From Heterodontus francisci (taxonomy: Eukaryota), in the NCBI RefSeq assembly GCF_036365525.1, contig NC_090414.1, positions 20,793,846-20,857,845 on the forward strand: a stretch of 64,000 nt of DNA, read 5' to 3'. Position numbers and translations under genes: made by a program. Every line of letters starts with the position of its first letter. Position 1 is the stretch's first letter. Positions 1 to 10,610 of this stretch are shown here, one piece after another. The notes below the pieces were generated by a model, which had not been told where the DNA came from, made no database searches, and saw only the letters and a program-made list of their open reading frames with translations.

Positions 1-935
1 GTATCTAACCCCCCTGTACTGTACCTGTCCTGGGAGTGTTTGATGAGGACAGTGTAGAGGGAGCTTTACTCTGTATCTAACCCCCGTGCTGTACCTGTCC
101 TGGGAGTGTTTGATGGGGACAGTGTAGAGGGAGCTTTACTCTGTATCTAACCCCCGTACTGTACCTGTCCTGGGAGTGTTTGATGAGGACAGTGTAGAGG
201 GAGCTTTACTCTGTATCTAACCCCGTGCTGTACCTGTCCTGGGGAGTGTTTGATGGGGACAGTGTAGAGGGAGCTTTACTCTGTATCTAACCCCCGTGCT
301 GTCCCTGTCCTGGGGAGTGTTTGATGGGGACAGTGTAGAGGGAGCTTTACTCTGTATCTAACCCCCGTACTGTACCTGTCCTGGGGAGTGTTTGATGGGG
401 ACAGTGTAGAGGGAGCTTTACTCTGTATCTAACCCCCGTACTGTACCTGTCCTGGGGAGTGTTTGATGGGGACAGTGTAGAGGGAGCTTTACTCTGTATC
501 TAACCCCCGTGCTGTCCCTGTCCTGGGAGTGTTTGATGGGGACAGTGTAGAGGGAGCTTTACTCTGTATCTAACCCCCGTACTGTACCTGTCCTGGGAGT
601 GTTTGATGAGGACAGTGTAGAGGGAGCTTTACTCTGTATCTAACCCCCGTACTGTACCTGTCCTGGGAGTATTTGATGGGGACAGTGTAGAGGGAGCTTT
701 ACTCTGTCTCTAACCCCCGTACTGTACCTGTCCTGGGAGTGTTTGATGGGGACAGTGTAGAGGGAGCTTTACTCTGTATCTAACCCCCGTGCTGTCCCTG
801 TCCTGGGGAGTGTTTGATGGGGACAGTGTAGAGGGAGCTTTACTCTGTATCTAACCCCCGTGCTGTCCCTGTCCTGGGAGTGTTTGATGGGGACAGTGTA
901 GAGGGAGCTTTACTCTGTATCTAACCCCCGTGCTG
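1..935 (+). repeat. ~70-bp satellite array (~13 units) in FOSL1 last intron
   Basis: Tandem unit GTATCTAACCCCCGTRCTGTACCTGTCCTGGGAGTGTTTGATGGGGACAGTGTAGAGGGAGCTTTACTCT. Confidence 0.97.
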
Positions 936-984
936 TTTGTTATCTGTCACCGTGTGGAAGAAATAATTGATTTGGTCTCCCCAG

Positions 985-1506
985 GAAACGGATGAACTCG
1001 AGGATGTGAAGTCAGGCCTACAGAAGGAAATTGCGGACCTACAGAAGCAGAAAGAGAGGCTGGAATTTATCTTGGAGGCCCATCAGCCCATTTGCAAAAT
1101 GTCGGACGACTCCAGAGGTCCCTCGACATCAGGAATATCCAAGTGCCACGCAGGGAAGCAGAAAGAGCCAGGGCCCGTGTCAGCCTCCTCCTTCAGGCCC
1201 AAGCCACCCAAAGTCTCCATTAAGCCTGTCCCTGACCTTGGCGTGAGTGGTGACGGCCTGGATCCTGAGGCCTTGCACACGCCCACCCTCATGCGGACCC
1301 CCTCCATCACCCCCTTCACCGCCAGCCTGGCCTTCACCTACCCCAGCATGCCAGCCTACGATCCGGAGCCTTCCGCCGGCACCTCGGGCTCCGGCCTGGC
1401 CGTTTTCTCCCTGCCCGAGGCCTGCGCCGCGGCCCATCGCCGTGGCAGCAGCAGCGGGGACCAATCATCGGACTCGCTGAGCTCGCCGACCCTGGTGACC
1501 CTGTAA
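985..1506 (+). CDS. FOSL1: Fos-related antigen 1, last coding exon
   Basis: Acceptor cccag|GAA; leucine zipper [53 protein letters not shown], Fos C-terminus [19 protein letters not shown]; paralog assigned by synteny with CCDC85B/FIBP. Confidence 0.9.
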   Translation, partial: ETDELEDVKSGLQKEIADLQKQKERLEFILEAHQPICKMSDDSRGPSTSGISKCHAGKQKEPGPVSASSFRPKPPKVSIKPVPDLGVSGDGLDPEALHTPTLMRTPSITPFTASLAFTYPSMPAYDPEPSAGTSGSGLAVFSLPEACAAAHRRGSSSGDQSSDSLSSPTLVTL

Positions 1507-1882
1507 GGCCGAGGACTGGGGAACGGCCTGTCGGCCTCCGAGCTTCGGTTGCGGGGGGTGGGGGTGGGCGAGGAGGGGCAAAGGTGGAGGGCGCGTGGGG
1601 TTAGGGGTCACGACCTCAGGCGTGGTGGCCAACGGAGGAGGGAGATCATGTCGCAAACCTCCAGGAACAGGCCTAACCAGAGTTGGAAACGCTGGTGCCA
1701 AGGCTGGGACGCGGTCCAGGATCGTGACCAAATACCCTGTCCCTTATTACATTTCTCCGGCCCTCTTTCCACCCCCTCCCCCGACTCCCCCTGCACCCTC
1801 TAAAGGATTTGGAAGGTGTTGTTGGATAAGCAAGAGATCGATCGTAAGCTGTATCTCACTGGTGTGTGACCTCCTGGCCCAC

Positions 1883-2050
1883 GGCTCTTGGTACTGCCCG
1901 CTGACCATCACTGGGCTCCTGGCAGTGCCCGCTGACCATCCACTGGGCTCCTGGCAGTGCCCGCTGACCATCCACTGGGCTCCTGGCAGTGCCCGCTGAC
2001 CATCACTGGGCTCCTGGCACTGCCCGCTGACCATCACTGGGCTCCTGGCA
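1883..2050 (+). repeat. 31-32-bp tandem repeat (~5 copies) in FOSL1 3' UTR
   Basis: Unit GGGCTCCTGGCAGTGCCCGCTGACCATC(C)ACT. Confidence 0.9.
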
Positions 2051-2139
2051 CCACCACCATTCCCACTGATACCAAGTGGGAATATCCAGTGCCAGTCCGG
2101 GTGACAGCATGGAGCCCCCGAGCGAGTATTTCCTTAATT

Positions 2140-2290
2140 CACTATTTATTTTGAGATAGTTTCAGAGGTATTTTTGTATAATTTATTTTTTACACTGGAG
2201 TGAGTCAAAGCCTGAGACCGTCTACCTGTAAACCGGATATTAAAGACATTGCTGCTTTCTCAGCCATGGCTTTGTTGTGTTTCTTTCAGT
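2140..2290 (+). promoter_or_regulatory. FOSL1 3' end: AU-rich elements, ATTAAA poly(A) signal, GU-rich downstream element
   Basis: ATTTA at 2144 and 2181; ATTAAA 2239-2244; TTTGTTGTGTTTCTTT ~2271-2286. Confidence 0.65.
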
Positions 2291-2409
2291 TTCTGTTTCC
2301 TCGCTCTCACTGGGAGTTTCCTCTGGAACGGTGAATCGTTTCGTACTGAGTGAACAGCAGAACTGAGGCAACGTCTGAGGCCTCTGTACCTATCGAGGAC
2401 GCCCCCCTC

Positions 2410-4032
2410 CCCCTGACCAGGCCTCTCCCTGTACAAACCCTCTCCCTGACCTCCCTGTCCAGGCCTCTCACTGTCCAGGCCTCTCACTGTCCAGGCCTCT
2501 CACTGACCTCCCTGTCCAGACCTCTCCTTGTACAAACCCTCTCCCTGACCTCCCTGTCCAGACCTCTCCCTGACCTCCCTGTCCAGGCCTCTCCCTGTCC
2601 AGGCCTCTCCCTGACTGCCCTGTCCAGGCCTCTCCCTGTCCAGGCCTCTCCCTGACTGCCCTGTCCAGGCCTCTCCCTGACTGCCCTGTCCAGGCCTCTC
2701 CCTGTCCAGGCCTCTCCCTGACCTCCCTGTACAAACCCTCGTCCTGGCCTCTCCCTGTCCTGGCCTCTCCCTGGCCTGGCCTCTCCCTGAGCTCCCTGTC
2801 CAGGCCTCTCCTGACCTCCCTGTCCAGGCCTCTCCCTGTCCAGGCCTCTCCCTGTCCAGGCCTCTCCCTGACCTCCCTCTCCCTGACCTCCCTGTCCAGG
2901 CCTCTCCCTGTCCAGGTCTCTCCCTGACCTCCCTGTCCAGGCCTCTCCCTGTCCAGGCCTCTCCCTGATCTCCCTGTCCAGGCCTCTCCCTGACCTCCCT
3001 CTCCCTGATCTCCCTATCCAGGCCTCTCCCTGTCCGGGCCTCTCCCTGATCTCCCTGTTCAGGCCTCTCCCTGATCTCAGTCTCCCTGATCTCCCTCTCC
3101 CTGATCTCCCTGTCCAGGCCTCTCCCTGATCTCCCTCTCCCTGATCTCCCTGTCCAGGCCTCTCCCTGATCTCCCTGTCCAGGCCTCTCCCTGTCCAGGC
3201 CTCTCCCTGACCTCCCTGTCCAGGCCTCTCCCTGTCCAGGCCTCTCCCTGATCTCCCTCTCCCTGACCTCCCTGTCCAGGCCTCTCCCTGGCCTCTCCCT
3301 CTCCCTGGCCTCTCCCTCTCCCTGGCCTCTCCCTCTCCCTCTCCCTGGCCTCTCCCTCTCCCTCTCCCTGGCCTCTCCCTCTCCCTCTCCCTGGCCTCTC
3401 CCTCTCCCTCTCCCTGGCCTCTCCCTCTCTCTCTCCCTGGCCTCTCCCTCTCCCTCTCCCTGGCCTCTCCCTCTCCCTCTCCCTGGCCTCTCCCTCTCCC
3501 TCTCCCTGGCCTCTCCCTCTCCCTCTCCCTGGCCTCCCTGTCCAGGCCTCTCCCTGGCCTCTCCCTCTCCCTCTCCCTGGCCTCTCCCTCTCCCTGGCCT
3601 CTCCTCTCCTTCTCCCTGNNNNNNNNNNNNNNNNNNNNNNNNNNNNNNNNNNNNNNNNNNNNNNNNNNNNNNNNNNNNNNNNNNNNNNNNNNNNNNNNNN
3701 NNNNNNNNNNNNNNNNNNNNNNNNNNNNNNNNNNNNNNNNNNNNNNNNNNNNNNNNNNNNNNNNNNNNNNNNNNNNNNNNNNNNNNNNCTGGCCTCTCCC
3801 TCTCCCTGGCCTCTCCCTCTCCCTCTCCCTGGCCTCTCCCTCTCCCTGGCCTCTCCCTCTCCCTCTCCCTGGCCTCTNNNNNNNNNNNNNNNNNNNNNNN
3901 NNNNNNNNNNNNNNNNNNNNNNNNNNNNNNNNNNNNNNNNNNNNNNNNNNNNNNNNNNNNNNNNNNNNNNNNNNNNNNNNNNNNNNNNNNNNNNNNNNNN
4001 NNNNNNNCCTGGCCTCTCCCTCTCCCTGGCCA
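2410..4032. repeat. Pyrimidine-rich minisatellite (CCAGGCCTCTCCCTG variants) containing N runs
   Basis: Degenerate tandem CT-rich units. Confidence 0.92.
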
Positions 4033-4305
4033 GGACTCTGCGAGCTCTGGGCAGCATCATGGTAAGCAGAATTCAGAACTCACTGGAGGGAAGGAATTGT
4101 CAGTAAAGGCAGGTTGACTGAGAATACTGGACCCCACTGAGCCTGGACACTGACCCTAACCAGGGCCCTTGAACACATTCACTACAGCCCTTGACATGTC
4201 CTGCCACAATCCACCTGTTCTGAAAATAAATAAGGACAAAAGCGACATTGCTGGACTGAGAGAGTTCCATTTAACAGCATAAACTGGAACAGTGTAGAGG
4301 GAGCT

Positions 4306-6789
4306 TTACTTGGTGGCAAATACAGGGGGCGGGGCCAAAGTGACCAACCGGTACCACAACATGGAGGCCACCAGTTGGTTTATGACCAACGCTCGGCCCC
4401 TGTAGGAAAGCACTCGGAGCAGTCCTGTCCAGCGCCCCAGCCGAGCGGTGACTTTCGCCTCCAACTCCTGCCAGTTTGCCGGCCAGGCTTCCTCAGCGGG
4501 GCTAAGGTGGACTCCCAGATAGAGGAGGTGCGTGGTGCTCCACGCAAAAGGTGTCATCTCCTCCGGCAGGGAGTCCACCCGCCACTGACCAACCAGGAGT
4601 CCGGAACATTTCTCCCAATTGATCCTCGCGGAGGACGCGGCAGAAAAGGTCTGCTGGCAGTCGCGCATCCTCCGCAAGTCAACGGGATCTGTGATTGCGA
4701 GGAGCACGTCGTCGGCGTAAGCCGAGAGGACGACCCGCATGGCCGGCTCGCGCAGAGCCAATCCCGTCAACCTCCTGCGAAGCAGGCACAGGAAGGGCTC
4801 CACGCAGATGGTATACAATTGGCCGGACATGGGGCACCCCTGACGCACTCCTCTCCCAAATCGAAGGGGCGCCGTCAAGGACCCGTTAACTTTGACTAGA
4901 CACTCTGCGGCGGCGTATAAAAGTCGGACCCGGGCCACGAAATGCGGCCCGAGTCCGAAAGCGCGCAGAGTCCCGAAAAGGTAATCGTGATCCACCCTGT
5001 CGAACGCCTTCTCCTGATCGAGGGAGAGAAAGGCGACCGACTGACCAGTCCTCTGGGAAAGATGGATCAGGTCCTGGACCAGGTGGATGTTGTCCTGGAT
5101 GGACCGGCCTGGGACCGTGTAGGACTGGTCGGGGTGGATCATGTGGGCCAGCACGGAGCCCAGGCGGGTAGACATAGCCCGGGCAAAGATCTTATAATCC
5201 GTGCTGAGGAGGGAGACCGGACGCCAGTTTTTAAGCAGGCGGAGATCGCCCCTCTTCGGCAGCAGGACGATGACCGCCCTGCGCCACGAGAGGGGCATCT
5301 CCCCGGTCGCCAGGCTTTCCCCCAGGACCCGCGCGTAATCGTCCCCCAGGACGTCCCAGAACGCCCTGAGGAACTCCACGGTCAACCCATCCAGCCCTGG
5401 GGATTTGCCCCTCGAGAGCTGGTGGAGGGCGCCAGTCAGCTCCGCCAACGTGAGCGGAGCCTCCAATCCTTCGGCGCCCTCCGGGCTGACCTGCAGCAGG
5501 TCCTCCCACAAAACTCTGCGCGCATCCTCGCTGGACGGATCCGGAGAGAACAACGCACTGTAATACGTCCGGACCAGGAGGCCCATTCCCTCCGGATCCG
5601 TGATGGAGGATCCGTCGTCGGCCAGCAGCTCGACGAGCTGCTTACGGACCGCCCGCCATTTTTCCAGCGAGTAGAAGAAGGGTGAGGCGCGGTCCAAATC
5701 TTCCAGGATCTGGATCCGCGACCTCACGTACGCGCCTCGGGACGCTATGAGCTGCAGGTCCCTCAGCGCGCCCTTCTTCTCTTTGTACGCCTGCCACAGG
5801 GCCGGGTCCGCGACGGCATGACCGAGGCGGGATTCCAAGTCGAGCACCTCCCTCTCAAGGCGCCCGACCTCGGCTTCCCGCCTCTTGGTCGACCCCTTCG
5901 CGTACTCCTGACAGAAGACGCGGATGTGAGTCTTGCCCACATCCCACCATAGCCTCAAGGAGGGGAAGCCCCCCTGCTTCCTTCTCCAGTCGGCCCAGAA
6001 TCGACAGAACGAGTCCCGAAATCGCTCGTCCTCCAGCAGCCGGTTGTTAAAGTGCCAGTACGCGGACCCCGCCCGCGTACGGAGCGGAGTAAACTCCGCC
6101 CACACCAGGCGGTGGTCCGAGCACGGCACCAGCCGCATGTAGGCCGCCGAAACGCGGGAGACGTACGCCTGCGAAATGTAGAGGCGGTCGATTCGCGACC
6201 CTCCTCCTCCAGACCTCCACGTGAAGTCGCTGGAGTCGGGATGGAGATTCCGCCAGACGTCCACCAAGTTAAGGGAGCTGATCAGTCCCCTCAACTTCTC
6301 CACCGACGCTTGGCCGCGCTGGGGACCGGAGCGATCCCCCACCTCGAGGGTGCAGTTAAAATCCTCCCCGAGGATGATGCACTCGCCGCTATCGATGGAG
6401 CTCAAGAGAGCGGACACTTCTTCAAAGAAGCGCGCTTGCAAAGCGCCGGGCCTGGGCGCGTACACGTTCACAAAGTGGAGCGGCACGCTACCCAGGCGAA
6501 CGGCGAGGTGGAGCAAGCGGCCCGGCACTAGCTCCTTGACCCCCAAGATCTCCGGCTGAAAAGTCGGGGCCAACAAGATAGCCACCCCACTAGAAATAGG
6601 GGTGAGGTGACTCATGTAGACCCCACCCTGCCACTCCAGGAGCCAGGTGGCTTCGTCTCCCGGAACGGTGTGGGTTTCCTGCAGAAAGCTCACCGCGTAT
6701 CTCCCTTCCCTGAGGACTGAGAGATTATGAAATCTGCGGTGAGCCCCTCTGCTGCCGTTGATGTTGAGGCTGGCTATGGTTATCTTCAT
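4306..6789 (-). CDS. Tx1 ORF2 endonuclease/reverse transcriptase, 827 aa, C-terminally truncated
   Basis: APE motifs SLNING, LQETH, SGVAILL, EDFN, SRIDR, SDH; RT motifs PGLDG, KNWRPVSLL, LDQEKAFDRV, GVRQGCPMS, YADD; stop codon supplied by satellite junction. Confidence 0.93.
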   Translation of the reverse strand: MKITIASLNINGSRGAHRRFHNLSVLREGRYAVSFLQETHTVPGDEATWLLEWQGGVYMSHLTPISSGVAILLAPTFQPEILGVKELVPGRLLHLAVRLGSVPLHFVNVYAPRPGALQARFFEEVSALLSSIDSGECIILGEDFNCTLEVGDRSGPQRGQASVEKLRGLISSLNLVDVWRNLHPDSSDFTWRSGGGGSRIDRLYISQAYVSRVSAAYMRLVPCSDHRLVWAEFTPLRTRAGSAYWHFNNRLLEDERFRDSFCRFWADWRRKQGGFPSLRLWWDVGKTHIRVFCQEYAKGSTKRREAEVGRLEREVLDLESRLGHAVADPALWQAYKEKKGALRDLQLIASRGAYVRSRIQILEDLDRASPFFYSLEKWRAVRKQLVELLADDGSSITDPEGMGLLVRTYYSALFSPDPSSEDARRVLWEDLLQVSPEGAEGLEAPLTLAELTGALHQLSRGKSPGLDGLTVEFLRAFWDVLGDDYARVLGESLATGEMPLSWRRAVIVLLPKRGDLRLLKNWRPVSLLSTDYKIFARAMSTRLGSVLAHMIHPDQSYTVPGRSIQDNIHLVQDLIHLSQRTGQSVAFLSLDQEKAFDRVDHDYLFGTLRAFGLGPHFVARVRLLYAAAECLVKVNGSLTAPLRFGRGVRQGCPMSGQLYTICVEPFLCLLRRRLTGLALREPAMRVVLSAYADDVLLAITDPVDLRRMRDCQQTFSAASSARINWEKCSGLLVGQWRVDSLPEEMTPFAWSTTHLLYLGVHLSPAEEAWPANWQELEAKVTARLGRWTGLLRVLSYRGRALVINQLVASMLWYRLVTLAPPPVFATK

Positions 6790-9524
6790 GTCAAAGGTAA
6801 TTAAAACCCGTCACAAACACCTCACTGTGAGGAGGGAGTGGAAGTGCACCTGGCCCTCCACTCCCCCAGCAACCCATTGAGGAACACATTAAAACGGCGC
6901 CTCTCAACCAGTTTCACGTCCGCGCGCTTGCCCGTTATCTTAAGGGCGGCACGGACGGACTGTATGATCAGCGCCAGATTCGACCAACGGTCGAGGGCCA
7001 GCTGAACTTTATTGCGGCAACCTCTGCAAGCCGCGAGGAAATCCCGGAGTTCCGCCGTGGGGATGAGAGGAGATTCGGTGGGAGGCACGAGGGACTCCAC
7101 CACCTCACTGGCGATGGAATCAAGATCATCCTCCGTGCCCCGCACCGAATCCCCATCCTCCTCCGGGTCGTCACCGCCAGCGGCCGACACATCCACCACA
7201 CACTGTGGGGCGGACGTCCCGGCCACGCCAGCTGGTCCCGCCTCCGTCACGATCCCACCCCCAGGATCAATGGCGGAGGAGTCCTCTCTGGGTTCTATTG
7301 TGAAACTGGAGCCTGTAGGCACCAGCGGCTCAGGAACCCCCTCCACCTCCGTCCCCAGGCCAATGAGTGGTCCAGGGGAGACAGAAGTTCCGGACTCCGG
7401 GAAACCAGCCGGAGCCGAGACTTGAGGCGGCGAGAGGAGGCCATCTCCTGCTCCGCCAGCGCCCACAGGCCCAGCAGATGGGGCAGCATTCTCAGTGATA
7501 ACTGGGTCGGGGGTCTCCATGTTGGTGGTGGACTCCGGCTGGGAGGCCCGACCCTCTGGGGCCTCGCCCTCCCCTTCATTCAGGACACCCGACCCAGTAG
7601 CAGTGGCAGAATGGGCAGCTTCCCCAGGCTCCCCCACCACAAGCAGGGCCCCACTTACTCCTTCAGGAGGGGCCTCATGTACCGGGGCCATCCCCTCCCC
7701 TCCATCCTGAGGAATAGGGAGCACCTGCCCGGACTTTGCAGCCTTGGTGGTGGCGGTAGGGGAAACCTGGGGACCCGAAACAGGAGACAGCTCCCCTCCA
7801 ACAGATGGGCCCTGCGCCTCAGGGCCCCTTGTTACCTCTGTGGAGGGGTGCCTTCTCCTCTTTTTCCCAGTTGTGTGCGGAGGCTCAGAGACCTCCATAT
7901 CATCAGAGGCCTCCACCTCCACACTCTCCTTTTTTTTATTCACCCTGGGCATGAGCCCAGCCCTGGGGCAAGTTGACTTCCCGAGATCGGGCCTTGGGCT
8001 GAGCTCAGGCTCGGGTAGTGTCACGATATCCAGGGGACGCGCCTCTCGATGTTTATTCCTCCTCCGCGCCTTCCTTCCACTTGGACGGTCACCCCCCTCC
8101 CTGCCGGAGGCTGTGGTTTTCACAGTGTAGTGGGGGTGGGAGGAGGTGCAGCGTCGCCACCCTGGGCCGCTGAGTTGGAGTTGGCAGCCGGGAGGTTGGG
8201 GCAGTTCTTACGAACATGCCCCATCCCCTTACAGACATGGCACCGCACCCCGTCCAAGGTCCAGAAGACGCGGTAGGCCGTCCCCTGGAATTCTACATTA
8301 AAGTGGCCCTCTGTCACCTCCTCCCGCGCCAGCTGCATGAATAACTGGCAGCGGAAGGAGTACACATGTCGGAGGCTGTTCTCCCGAAGACCGAGCGGGA
8401 CTGGGGTGAGCCCCGTCTTTACCTCCCCCAGATGGTGCAGGTGGGGAAGGAGGAGCTCACCAGGAATGAAGGGCGGGACATTGGATAAAATGAGCCTTTG
8501 CGCAGTGGCCTCCAGGGGGTCCACTGGCAGAAAGGTCCCGCCCACGGTGAGCCCCTTGCTCAGAGCCAGGGACACCGCCCGCTCGGTCTTCAAAAAGAAC
8601 ACAGCCTTCCCATACATCTTTGAGGCCACAACAATGGCCGAGGGGCCGACAACCACGGCCATTGCCTTAACGCAGGCCTCAATAGACATTTTGGGGTGGG
8701 GATAGCTCTTCACCCCATGGCTGCATGTCAACAATTTAAAGGGTGACGGGGCCACGTGGGCAGCCACAGAAGCTGCAGCTGCGTAGGTAGTAGAGGGCCC
8801 GGCCACCGGTGATGAAGGGCTTGCCATGGGTCCAAGAGCTAAACCCACCCCAAATTGTGGACTTGCACACCAAATATCAGCGATTTAACTGAAAATATTG
8901 AATATATATTAAAGACAAACAAACAAACAACAAATTAGTGGAGAGGCTGAGGTAATAGAGGAGAGGCAAAGGCAGGCTGGAAGGGATGACTTGCTTTCTG
9001 GAGGTGGTGCTCACAGTACACTTAAAACAGTCTTTGAAGTTGGTCTTCCGGTCTTCTGGTTGGGGGAGTCGTCTTCACCTGGGTCAGCTGAAGCTGCCCA
9101 GGCACTATCTATCCCCTTCCGTCTGTTTAGCTGGGCAGCTTCAGCTGACCCAGGCTTGGCAATTGGGGTGGGGAGGGAGCTTCCCTGTGTGCTTGTGCAG
9201 CAGCACAGATTCCTGTTGAATTGGCAGCCCCACCCCTTGTTGTTCCAGCCACTTGTTCTTCCCCCAACAGTCCAAAGTAAATTACTGGTGTTCAGCACCC
9301 ACCTCCAGACAAAGCCTTGTATCCAACAAAAAAAGAATGTCGCTTTCTTCTCTTTTAAAGGTGATTGTTGTTGGAGTTTTCCTCTGCTTGTTGGTAGCTG
9401 CTCTCCCTTGCTCAGTGCAGCTCCTCTCTCCACCTCTGCAACCTCCAACTGTCACCAGCACTCTCAGCTACACCTCGTTGAGGCTCTCAACACTCAGGCT
9501 TCCCAAATCAGAGAGCAGCCAATC
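4311..9524 (-). mobile_element. Tx1-clade (L1 group) non-LTR retrotransposon; 5' end present, 3' part lost; both ends join the 70-bp satellite
   Basis: ~680-bp 5' UTR, ORF1 with CCHC knuckle, ORF2 APE+RT; satellite at 4289-4310 and from 9528. Confidence 0.92.
6822..8848 (-). pseudogene. Tx1 ORF1 (gag-like), split by a frameshift near 8123-8130
   Basis: 242-aa ORF with CHVCKGMGHVRKNC zinc knuckle overlaps a 433-aa ORF in another frame that ends 32 bp before the ORF2 ATG. Confidence 0.8.
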
Positions 9525-9527
9525 GCA

Positions 9528-9598
9528 GTGCTGTACCTGTCCTGGGAGTGTTTGATGGGGACAGTGTCGAGGGAGCTTTACTCTGTATCTAACCCCCG
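9528..9598 (+). repeat. Single 70-bp satellite unit between insertions
   Basis: GTGCTGTACCTGTCC...TCTAACCCCCG. Confidence 0.95.
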
Positions 9599-9687
9599 TT
9601 TTTTTTTTTTTTCTGACTGCAGCACTGTCAGCTGCACCTCGTTGAGGCACTCAGCACTCAGTATTCCCAATCAGAGAGGAGCCAATC
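9599..9687 (-). mobile_element. Short retroposed copy of a Tx1 5' leader with A14 tail
   Basis: T14 at 9599-9612, then 75 bp resembling 9455-9524 (CACCTCGTTGAGG..CACTCAG..TCCCAA..TCAGAGAG..GCCAATC). Confidence 0.75.
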
Positions 9688-9731
9688 CCCGTTTTTTTTT
9701 TAGAGGGAGCTTTACTCTGTATCTAACCCCG

Positions 9732-10610
9732 TTTTTTTTTTATATAAGGTGACCTTTCTACCCCAGGCCCCTTTTATATTTTTCACGTCGAGGGGGCCTT
9801 TATTCCTCAGGCCCCCTTTATGTACATATTTACAGTTTTAAAATAACTTTATTAAAACCAGATAAATAAACAAAAAGCTCAAATTAAAATGCCATTCTCG
9901 GCGTCGACAATGCACTCCAGTCCCTGCGGTGCCCACCGGTCGCGGAAGGCCTCAAGCGTACCGGCGGACACCGCATGCTCCTTTTCCAGGGACACCCGGG
10001 CGCGAACGTAACCGCGGAAGAGGGGCAGGCAATCGGGGAGGACGGACCCCACGACGGCCCGCAACCTGGACCTGTGAATTGCCACCTTGGCCAGGCCCAG
10101 GAGCAGACCGACGAGGAGATCCTCCTCCCGGCCCAAGCCCCTCCGCACCGGGTGCCCAAAGATCAGGAGCGTGGGACTGAAGTGCAGCCAGAATTTGAGG
10201 AGCAGCCCCTTCAGATACTCAAATAGGGGCTGCAACCTCGCACACTCCGTATAAATGTGGAACACGGACTCGTCCAGGACGCAGAAAGGCCCCGAAACCC
10301 TCCTCGGGAGCCGGTCCCGCACAACCCGAGCCGCCTCTCGGAAATGCCCTCCGTGCCATTCCAATCGGCGCGGAGGGGTTTCCTGTACGGGCTGCTCCTG
10401 CACACTCTCCACTTCCTCGCCCTCGTCAGCCGGCCGGACACGCCCTGGCGGTCCATGTTGCCATCTGGCGGCGAGGGGAAACCCCGATGGAGGTCTCTCT
10501 CCGCGGGAGTCTTCCCCCTTTACATAGGGGACCTGGGGTGGAGGGTGCTGCACAGAGCAGTCCCGTGCAATAGGCTTTTAAGTAGGTTCACGGACTCCCA
10601 GGCCACCTGT
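9732..10610 (-). mobile_element. 5'-truncated, 5'-inverted Tx1 copy (ORF2 C-terminus, 3' UTR, poly(A))
   Basis: T10 at 9732-9741; minus strand PFCVLDESVFHIYTEC..NGILI* from 10289; plus strand 10290-10610 ..GDLGWRVLHRAVPCNRLL..SQATC; flanking CTGTATCTAACCCC(C)G duplication. Confidence 0.88.

Noticed and set aside
1-935. CRISPR-like appearance of regular repeats
   Set aside because: Eukaryotic locus with head-to-tail units, no unique spacers in this array and no cas genes.
3619-4007. N runs as hidden features
   Set aside because: They lie inside low-complexity tracts and look like masking or small gaps; nothing can be inferred.
9879-10553. 224-aa ORF as an intact gene
   Set aside because: Chimeric across the inversion breakpoint; only the part from 10289 down is true ORF2 sense.
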